Part shown: positions 54,275 through 62,500 of the stretch, in pieces
Position numbering within the stretch: position 1 is the stretch's first letter
Layout of the letters: every line of letters starts with the position of its first letter
Virus record (IMG/VR): IMGVR_UViG_3300037470_001039
Location: 1-64,000 of that record
DNA: 64,000 nucleotides
Source: a virus
Strand: one strand, 5' to 3'
Notes under the pieces: generated by a model
The model's database searches: none
What the model was told of the DNA's origin: nothing
What the model saw: the letters and a program-made list of their open reading frames with translations, nothing else
Program-made: the position numbers and the translations under genes

Positions 54275-55036
54275 ATGAGCCAGCGCGACATTCAAGATCT
54301 CGTAGAGCAGCTTCAGCAGGCGCAGGACGCCTACTACAACGGCGATCCCGTGATGTCGGACGCGGAGTTCGACGCTCTCGAGGACGAGCTCCGAGGACGA
54401 GCTCCGAAGAACGCCTACTTCAAGCGCGTGGGGTCCGGCATGGTCAGGTCCCCGGCCGATCTCTACGGCCTCGACGAGGCCAAGCTCGCCGCGCTCACCC
54501 TCTCGGGCAAGAAGGTCGGCGACAGCACGGCCAAGAGGGTCATGAAGAACCTGCGCGCCAAGATGGAGCTTCGCATCGCGGACTTCGTCGGCTCGCTCGG
54601 CATCGACATGTGGGGGCGCTCCATGACGCAGTTCATCGTCGACGCGGGCCTCGACACCCTGGAGAAGATGGAGGACGCCACCGTGGCGCAGATCTCCGCG
54701 ATCCCGGGGGTGGGCGACACCAAGGCCGTGAAGTTCGTCGAGGGGTTCCGCCGGAGTCGCAAGATGATCGACGAGCTTCTCGCGGCCGGCGTGGAGGTGA
54801 AGAAGCCCATCACGGGCGGCAAGCTCTCGGGCGTCTCGTTCTGCTTCACCGGGGTGCGTGACCCGGCCTTCGCCGACGACCTCTTGGAGGCCGGGGGCAC
54901 CGTCAAGAACAGCGTCGGGAAGGGGCTGACCTACCTCGTCGCCAAGGACCCCAAGAGCAACAGCGGGAAGGCCAAGAAGGCTCGAGCACAGGGCACCGAG
55001 GTGATCTCCCTGGAGGAAGCCAAGGCGCTCCTGTAG
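54275..55036 (+). CDS. ligA: Internally deleted NAD-dependent DNA ligase derivative (domain Ia + HhH + BRCT only, 253 aa)
   Basis: AYYNGDPVMSDAEFDALEDEL (Ia), ADLYGL, SLGIDMWG, IPGVGDTKA (HhH), FCFTG...GGTVKNSV...YLV...SGKAKKARAQG (BRCT); no KxDG. Confidence 0.85.
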   Translation: MSQRDIQDLVEQLQQAQDAYYNGDPVMSDAEFDALEDELRGRAPKNAYFKRVGSGMVRSPADLYGLDEAKLAALTLSGKKVGDSTAKRVMKNLRAKMELRIADFVGSLGIDMWGRSMTQFIVDAGLDTLEKMEDATVAQISAIPGVGDTKAVKFVEGFRRSRKMIDELLAAGVEVKKPITGGKLSGVSFCFTGVRDPAFADDLLEAGGTVKNSVGKGLTYLVAKDPKSNSGKAKKARAQGTEVISLEEAKALL

Positions 55037-55055
55037 AGCCCGGGGAACGAGGAAG

Positions 55056-56291
55056 ATGGCGACCGCCTACTACCGCAAGGGCACCTTCCAGATGCTCTGG
55101 GACTGTCCGCAGTGCGGACGCCAGAAAAACCTGGGGGTGGACCATCGCCATTGTCCCGGATGTGGGCAGGTGCAGGAGGAGAGCCTGCGCTACTTTCCGA
55201 AGCCGGGAGAGCGCGTGCCGACCAAGTTCCGGGGCCGCAGTCCAGACGTCGAGTGCGACCACTGCGGGACACCCAACTCGTCGGCCGACAACAACTGCAT
55301 CAACTGCGGGGCGTCCCTCTCCGGGACCAAGCCGGTCCATGTGCGTGCGTCCATCCCGGAGCACGCGGGGGAGAAGGGCGCCGACGCGAAGCGGGACTGG
55401 GACGCCCGCAAGGCCCGGGAGCGAGCAGCACAGGTCGCCCATCAGCAGCCCGAGACACGGAGGTCTCGAGCGCAGGCTCGCGCTCGCCGGGCCGCGCGTG
55501 CCCCCACGAGCCTCGGCGTCGACGACGTCGAGGAGGGCCTTCACGTCTCGAGGTTTCGTCCCGACCGGCGACACGCCGTCGTGGGGGCCGTCGTTGTCCT
55601 GTTCGCGTTCGTGATGACGTGCGTGTTCTGGAAGAAGGAAGCGATCGTCGAGGTGCAGGGGCACACATGGGAACGTCGCGTCGCCATTGAGAGGTACGCG
55701 TCCTACGACGACGAGGACTGGTGCAGCTCGATGCCCGGCGACGCCTACAGCGTGAGCCGGAGGTCCGAGGTGCACCACCACGATCGGGTGCCTGACGGGG
55801 AGGACTGTCACACCGAAGCAGGGAGCTGCACCGAGACGTGCCGCAACGTGGACAACGGGAACGGCTCCTTTTCTGTCGACTGCACGAAAACCTGCAGCCC
55901 CGATCGACGGGTGTGCGAGACGAAATACCGCGACGATCCCGTGTACCGAGACAAGTGCAGCTACACCGTCGACAGGTGGCGCACCGACAGGGATGCTACA
56001 GCTAAGGGATCGAGGCTGTCGCCCGCGCCCTCGTGGCCCGAACCGAAGTTCAGGCAGTGCACGGGCACCCGGATAGGATGCGAGCGTCTCGGAGGCCGCG
56101 CCGCGACGTACAAGGTGCACTTCGTGGCACCCTCGGAAGAGCAGGCGTTCGAGTGCGAGTACGACCAGCGCGCGTGGCAGAGTTACGAGCCCGGCAGCAA
56201 GTGGGTGGCCCGAGTAGGGGTACTGTGGGCACGAATCGACTGCGAGAGCATGAAGTCGACCGAGGCTGTGGAGGGAGGAGGTGTGCTGTGA
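55056..56291 (+). CDS. Zinc-ribbon membrane protein with Cys-rich extracytoplasmic domain (411 aa)
   Basis: WDCPQCG..N....CPGCG and CDHCGTPN....CINCG; one TM (AVVGAVVVLFAFVMTCVFW); DNGNGSF motif. Confidence 0.7.
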   Translation: MATAYYRKGTFQMLWDCPQCGRQKNLGVDHRHCPGCGQVQEESLRYFPKPGERVPTKFRGRSPDVECDHCGTPNSSADNNCINCGASLSGTKPVHVRASIPEHAGEKGADAKRDWDARKARERAAQVAHQQPETRRSRAQARARRAARAPTSLGVDDVEEGLHVSRFRPDRRHAVVGAVVVLFAFVMTCVFWKKEAIVEVQGHTWERRVAIERYASYDDEDWCSSMPGDAYSVSRRSEVHHHDRVPDGEDCHTEAGSCTETCRNVDNGNGSFSVDCTKTCSPDRRVCETKYRDDPVYRDKCSYTVDRWRTDRDATAKGSRLSPAPSWPEPKFRQCTGTRIGCERLGGRAATYKVHFVAPSEEQAFECEYDQRAWQSYEPGSKWVARVGVLWARIDCESMKSTEAVEGGGVL

Positions 56292-56557
56292 CGCCTGACG
56301 AGAAACGGCGCCTCTTCGCACGCATCGACGAGGGCAAGAGCAGCCTGCTGCCGCAGTTCTCGGGGCACTGGGAGCACGTCAACACGCTGGCCTCGTGGCG
56401 CATCTACATCGTCCACGACCCGTGTCACGACGGTGGAGACTTCCAGGACGACCGCAACACCGTCGTCGCCCTCCACGACGGGCACGGCCTGTGGCGCATC
56501 ATCGGTCGCGAGCTGCCTTACGAGCTCGCGCTCGACATCGCGGAGGGACGGCACTGA
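56288..56557 (+). CDS. Hypothetical protein (89 aa)
   Basis: GGAGG RBS; GTGA overlap. Confidence 0.6.
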   Translation: MTPDEKRRLFARIDEGKSSLLPQFSGHWEHVNTLASWRIYIVHDPCHDGGDFQDDRNTVVALHDGHGLWRIIGRELPYELALDIAEGRH

Positions 56558-56973
56558 TGGACATGACTTTCGACGAGTGGGGCGAGCACCTCAAGAAACT
56601 TTCCCAGAAGGTCGTCGCCCGATGGCCCGTCTCCGTCTCCGTGGACAAGGCGACATCGCTGCACGTCGAGATCCGCGACGCGACGGGTGGACGCGTCGAG
56701 CTGGACCTCTCGCGGCAACCCGGCGACGACTGCATGGTCCCGAACGTGCGCGTGGGGAGCGGCTCGGGGCTGCCCTCCGACCTCTCGTACGCGCAGGCGA
56801 AGCTCAACGACATGCGCCTCGTCCTCGAGGCGCTGCACTTCTGCAACGTCTCGTGCTCCAACATCCGTGTGTTCCCCGAGGGGAAGTGCCCGTGCGCGCA
56901 GTGCAGAGGGAGTGGCACCAAGTTCAGGTCTGACGCGCCGTGCGAGGCGTGCAACGGAGAGGGAGTCCGATGA
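56557..56973 (+). CDS. Hypothetical protein with C-terminal CxxCxGxG (DnaJ-type) zinc finger
   Basis: TGATG overlap; CAQCRGSG...CEACNGEG. Confidence 0.65.
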   Translation: MDMTFDEWGEHLKKLSQKVVARWPVSVSVDKATSLHVEIRDATGGRVELDLSRQPGDDCMVPNVRVGSGSGLPSDLSYAQAKLNDMRLVLEALHFCNVSCSNIRVFPEGKCPCAQCRGSGTKFRSDAPCEACNGEGVR

Positions 56974-57293
56974 GCAACCTTCCTGCGAGACGCGGAGAGA
57001 CACGCGTTGGCCTCTACCGCGACCTCGACCGAGCGAAACTCGGGGGCGTCTGCTCGGGCCTCGCCCGGTGGACCGGAATCCCCTCCGTCTTCTGGCGCCT
57101 CGGGTTCGTCGTCGCCTTCTTCGGATGGGGCGTAGGTCTCGGCGTCTACGTGCTGATGTGGTGGCTCATGGACACGGAGCCCGAGTCCGAGAAGAAGCAG
57201 CCCAGCCCCCTGGACCTCGACGAGGACGATCGGGAGATCTGGAACGCGGTCAAGAAGGACATGAAGTCCCTCGACCTGGAGAACGACGGATAG
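56970..57293 (+). CDS. pspC: PspC-domain membrane protein
   Basis: LYRDLDRAKLGGVCSGLARWTGIPSVFWRL...YVLMW matches the PspC signature. Confidence 0.88.
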   Translation: MSNLPARRGETRVGLYRDLDRAKLGGVCSGLARWTGIPSVFWRLGFVVAFFGWGVGLGVYVLMWWLMDTEPESEKKQPSPLDLDEDDREIWNAVKKDMKSLDLENDG

Positions 57294-57331
57294 AGAGCAC
57301 GTTCAGGTACTACGAGGCCCTTGCGTCGCTC

Positions 57332-57750
57332 GTGAGCACGACGTGGAGGTCCAAGAACGAGCCCGGTCGCCACCATCCCGGCGTGAGCAGCGAAATGGTG
57401 GGCGAGCTCGTCGTCCAGGATCTGGCCGAGCGGGCGCACCACGATCCTCTCTTCGCCGAGGGGAAGGTCGTGCCGACCGCGAAAGCACAGGAGGTGCTGG
57501 ACGGCATCGTGCTCACGCCCGACACGCCGGGCGTCGGGGTGCACCTGAGCCACTGCTGTCTCCGCGTGCACGGCTGCAAGTACGGCCACGAGTTCTGTCC
57601 CGTGGAGACCAAGATGCTCCCCCCGACGACGAGAGATGCGGGGCCTGCTACGAGGACGACGAGTGGAACGAGGGTCTCGAGCAGTACGACTCCGGGGATC
57701 TCGCGGACGAGCTGCGTCGTCGCGGATACTCCGTCACGGCGCCTTCGTAA
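57332..57750 (+). pseudogene. Cys/His-rich phage protein with apparent frameshift at a C6 run (57619-57624)
   Basis: HCCLRVHGCKYGHEFCPV in one frame continues as DDERCGACYEDD...LADELRRRGY in another; start uncertain (57332 or 57395). Confidence 0.5.
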
Positions 57751-57848
57751 AATTCGGGATCGCACGCGAGCGGTCCTATCGAGACCCCCGGGTGTGGCAT
57801 CGCGGCTCACCGTCGGCAGGCGGCCGCCCCGAGCGTACAAGGGGGGGC

Positions 57849-58496
57849 ATGAGGCTCTCGGAGGCATACGGGCGGCTGGAACTCGCGCACCCGGTGCAGC
57901 ACGAGCGCAGGATTCTCGAGGAATGCGAGGGCGTCCTGAGCACGCGACGCCTCGGGACGACGGTTCGCACGCTCGTCGAGCTGTACCTCGACCTCGAGAG
58001 GGCGACGAAGTCCATCGGCTGGGCGCACGCGAACCGGGTCAAGTTCCTGTACGTGTGCCTGCACCTGGAGCAGGGGAGGCACCTGCGTCAAGAGCTTCGG
58101 AGAATTCACGGCGTGCTCCGCCTCGACGTCGATCCCCACCAAGTGCAGTTCTTCCCGCACAAGGGTTCTGATCGTCACGTCGGCGGACACGGGTTCTACT
58201 CGTGGAGCATCTTCTGCGATCACTCCGTCAAGGAGCTCGACGGGCACGAGCGCACGTTCGGGCCGTTCGGTCTCGTGCGGTCGATCCAGCGCCGAGGGGA
58301 CGTGTACACCGCGTACGACCGCGACGGCCACCGCGTCTGCTTGCTGACCAAGCAGGGCACGGACGACGTGATCAGTCACTCGACGTGCCCGATCACGTAC
58401 AGCCCGGACCGCGACGTCTCCAGCATCACCTTCGGCGCGTGGTCTAGGAACGATCTCATGTCGGCGATCAGGATGAAGGAGGCATTCGAGCTGTGA
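57849..58496 (+). CDS. Hypothetical protein (215 aa)
   Basis: ATG 57849 within the provided ORF; overlaps the next gene's start. Confidence 0.6.
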   Translation: MRLSEAYGRLELAHPVQHERRILEECEGVLSTRRLGTTVRTLVELYLDLERATKSIGWAHANRVKFLYVCLHLEQGRHLRQELRRIHGVLRLDVDPHQVQFFPHKGSDRHVGGHGFYSWSIFCDHSVKELDGHERTFGPFGLVRSIQRRGDVYTAYDRDGHRVCLLTKQGTDDVISHSTCPITYSPDRDVSSITFGAWSRNDLMSAIRMKEAFEL

Positions 58497-59086
58497 GTCG
58501 CGAGCGCCTGCGCGCCCGGGCCGACCGGGTCAATCAGGAGGCCGACCTCGGGGAGATGCTCGCCGAGTGGGGGTACGCCGTCGTGCCCGACCGACAGCGC
58601 GAGCAGCAGTTCTCGTGCGATCTCCATGGCCCCGACAACAAGCCTTCCGCGCGCTACTACGGTCCGAGCAACTCGACCTACTGCTGGGTGTGCCAGAAGA
58701 CCCGCGACCCCATCGCGTGGATGATGGAGAAGGAGTTCTTCGGTTTCCGCGAGGCCGTCGAGGAGCTCGAGTCTCGATGCGGTTTCGAGTCGCTGCCGTG
58801 GAGCGACGAGCACGAGCGCGTCGTGACGCCCGAGGACGAGATTGGGGAGGCGACGCGCCGGGCGGCGGGTTCCTACGAGGATGAGCGCGATCGACTGCGC
58901 AGGTTCCTCGACACGCTGACGACCGAGCGTGAACTCAACGCGCAGAGGATGCTCGCGTTCTGGGAGGCGTTCGATCGGGTCGAGTACGGCGTCGCCAAGG
59001 AGGGGTGGGAGCAGCGCAAGGGGATCTCGGCCCTGTCCGCGTTGCGAGAACGCGTGCTCGAGGCACTTCGGGAGGCGGAGGGATGA
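58493..59086 (+). CDS. Stand-alone primase CHC2 zinc-finger protein
   Basis: CDLHGPDNKPSA......YCWVC....DPIAWMME...GFREAVEEL; no TOPRIM domain. Confidence 0.8.
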   Translation: MSRERLRARADRVNQEADLGEMLAEWGYAVVPDRQREQQFSCDLHGPDNKPSARYYGPSNSTYCWVCQKTRDPIAWMMEKEFFGFREAVEELESRCGFESLPWSDEHERVVTPEDEIGEATRRAAGSYEDERDRLRRFLDTLTTERELNAQRMLAFWEAFDRVEYGVAKEGWEQRKGISALSALRERVLEALREAEG

Positions 59087-59538
59087 TCGACGGCCTCCGC
59101 TACGTCACCATCCCCGATCCCGAACGCCACGGCGACGTCCTCGTCGCCTACCCACCTCCCCGGGAGGGAGACCCGTGGGGCGTCCTTCGACCGCTGATGG
59201 GGACGAGCTGGGGAGCACAGATCCCGACCGTGACCGGAGAGGCGCTCTCGCACGCACTCCACGGCAGGCCGAAGCCTCTTCGTGAAATGCTGGGACCTCC
59301 TCCGCTGCGGAGAACGATGAGGATTGCACTCGAGGAGCGCGTGTGCCTCGAGCGACAGCAGGGGATCTGCGCGATGGCGGCCCCTCACTGCATGCCCGGG
59401 ACGGGCCGGATGCCCGAGTGCTACGTCCCACCTGCCGAAGATCGGGCTCTCAGGGCGGTGGCGACGGCGGTCGCGCACGCGTGGGACGAGGGGCGCTACG
59501 TCTTCCTCGTCGACGGACCCGAGTTCGTCGTTACGTGA
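59083..59538 (+). CDS. Hypothetical Cys-containing protein (151 aa)
   Basis: GGAGG RBS; ATGA overlap. Confidence 0.65.
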   Translation: MIDGLRYVTIPDPERHGDVLVAYPPPREGDPWGVLRPLMGTSWGAQIPTVTGEALSHALHGRPKPLREMLGPPPLRRTMRIALEERVCLERQQGICAMAAPHCMPGTGRMPECYVPPAEDRALRAVATAVAHAWDEGRYVFLVDGPEFVVT

Positions 59539-59566
59539 AGTTCTGACGGGTAGAACGTCGGAGCCC

Positions 59567-62500
59567 ATGAACTTTCTGGAGAGTTTCGAGGACGCGACAC
59601 GACCTGACATACCCAAGAAGCCGTGGTTCGACGAGGTCTCGATGGGACTCGTGGACTCCATCGAGATGCTGAACCGCGTCGTGGACGAGTGCATCGAGAC
59701 GGGGCGCTACGGCCTCGACCTCGAGACGACGGGTCTCGACAACCGCGTTTTCGACGGCGAGACCAAGGACAAGATCGTCGGCTTCTGTCTCGCGCCCGAC
59801 GGCAAGCGAGGATACTACGCCCCCCTCCGGCACCAGAAGGGGGAGGAGCACAACCTGCCCATCCAGGCGGCCTACGCCTGCATCCGGCGCCTCGTCGAGG
59901 CCGACAGCGTCGCGGTCTTCCACAACGCGAAGTTCGACCACGAGTTCCTGCAGTTCCCGGGCGGGGAGGGCATCGGCATGTGGGACGACCCGAAGACGTT
60001 CGACGACACGAACCTCCTCGGGTGGTTGAGGAACACGCGCGACAAGAACCTCAATCTCAAGCACATGTCCGCGAACGAGCTCGGCAAGGAGATGGTCGAG
60101 CTCGAGGATCTCTTCGGGAAAGACCACCAAGACAAGCTCGACTTCTCGGAGCTCGATCCCTCCTGGGAGCCCTGCATCTGGTACACCTGCTCGGACGCCA
60201 TCTGCACCCTGCTGCTCTACGAGAAGGTCCACCCCGAGGTCGTCGCTCCCGACGGCAAGCGCAGCCTCGGACAGGAGGTCATCTACAACCTCGAGAAGAT
60301 GACGCTCCCGGCCACGAGGTGGATGGAGCGCGCCCGCCTGTGGGTCGACCAGGAGCGCGTCGCAGAGCTGATGCAGCTCGGGCAGGTCGAGCTGTTCCAG
60401 GCGATGTGCGACATCTACGACTTCTGCAACGAGGCGCTCGGGTCGAAGCGGCCGCTGGACCGAGACGAGCACGGGAACACGCATCCGGGCACCGTCGAGC
60501 CCGGATGGTTCCGCGTGCTGCGGAAGAAGTTCGTGCCGGACAACCCGGACTACGACATCAACAAGCAGATCGAGGACTGCCGCCAGGAGGCCAAGCGCAA
60601 GAACATGGACGACCTCGACGCCAAGGGGCACTACTTCAAGCTCGACGTGCCCGAGGGGGACCCCGACCACGGCTCCCCGCAGAAGTACGACATCCTCAGC
60701 CGACAGCAGCTTGGCCCGCTGTTCGAGGAACTCCGCATCCCGGACCTCAACCGCACCGCCAAGTCCGACCAGGTCCAGACGACGCAGGCCGAGATCGAGT
60801 GGCTCGACGAGAAACACGGCCACAAGTACCCGTTCCTCCCCAAGATCAAGCGCCTCGGCGAGCTCCAGAAGGCCCTGGGCACCTACCTCATCTCGCTGCA
60901 TCGCGACGTCGGCCCCGACGGCACCCTCCGGGCGAACTACAAGCAGATGGGCACCGACACCGGACGCTTCACCACGCCGTCGAGCAAGAACCCCGAGGAG
61001 GACGGCGGCACGAAGTTCCCGATCCACGGGGCGCCGGCCACCTACGACAAGAAGCGGCCGCAGTGTCTGCTCGGCATCCGGTCCGCGTTCAGGGCGAGGC
61101 CTGGTCGTACCATGGTCGCCATCGACTGCGGCGGCGTCGAGCTCCGCATCGCGACGATCTACTCGGGCGAGCCCAAGTGGCTGCGCGAGTACTTCCGGTG
61201 CAGCTCGTGCGGCAACGAGTTCGAGGCGGGGGACGGCACCATCACCCCCGAGGCCCCGCCGGCCTACTGCCCCAAGTGCGGAGACGACCGCATCGGCGAC
61301 CTGCACACGCTCACCGGCATCACGTTCTTCGGCGAGGACAAGGTCGGCACGAAGCAGTGGAAGCAGATGCGCCAGGAGGCGAAGTGCGTCCATCCGGACA
61401 CACTCGTGCTGACCCCCTCCGGTTTGGAGCGTATCGGTGCGAAGTTTGAGTTCGGGAAAAGGGACGAATTCCTCGATGTGGAGAATCCCGAAGATGCTGC
61501 CATCTGGAACGGTGACGCGATGCAGCCGGTCAAGGCGTCCTACAACGGGGGATCCAAGAAACTGTTCCACGTCGTCACCCATCGAGGCATCGTGACGTGT
61601 TCGGACAAGCACCGGTTCAAGCTCAAGAACGGGCGCCTCATGTCCATCGAAAAGGGGCTCGCGGAGGGGGTGGGCCTCGTGCTGCCCAATGTTCCTCGGA
61701 TGCCTGTTTTCAGAGGATGGAAACAGATCCAGTACCGGGCCGGCGAGGACGTGCCGCCCACGTACATCGCTCTCGGCCCGGATTTGGCTTACTTCGCGGG
61801 AGTCTACCTCGGTGACGGGATGAAGAGGGGAGGGTGGTCTGTCGGCATCTCCCACGGCCATGTAGAGAAAACCGACAAGATGGGCATCCCATACGCGGAG
61901 TGGCAGGACCATCTCGTGGCCTTGTGTGAGGAGTTGCAGTTCCGTCCCGTGCGTCGCAAACAGTCGGTTTACCTCGGGAGCAGGAAAGTGATCGGGTTCC
62001 TTGGCGCTCTCGGGCTCGTGGGTGATGACGAGAAACGGCGTCTTCGCGTGCCCGACTGGGTCCTCCAAGGAGGACAACTCTCGGCACTGCAATTCCTCGG
62101 GGGTCTGATCGATACCGATGGCACCGTCGACAAGGAGGACGCGGAGATCGCCATCACCACCAAGGACGCGGTGTTTGGCGGTCAGCTCATGGCCCTCCTT
62201 CGGGCCCTTGGGTTCATGCCACGCATGGAGCCCTGCTGGAACAAGACCTACAAGCGGTGGTACTACCGCCTCCATATCCGGGCCTCCGAGGCCCTTCGGT
62301 TGAAAGACGTGATCCGGCACCGGGGGAAAGTGGATCGGCTTCGCAAGGCAAAACTCGGCACGAAGGAGCCGGAGAACCAGGTGCTAGCCATCATCCCGGC
62401 AGGACGACAGCCCTGCGTGGATGTGTCGATGAAGGGGCGTGAGCACTTGTACTGGTGTAACGGCCTGATCACCCACAACAGCGTAAACTTCGCGATGGCC

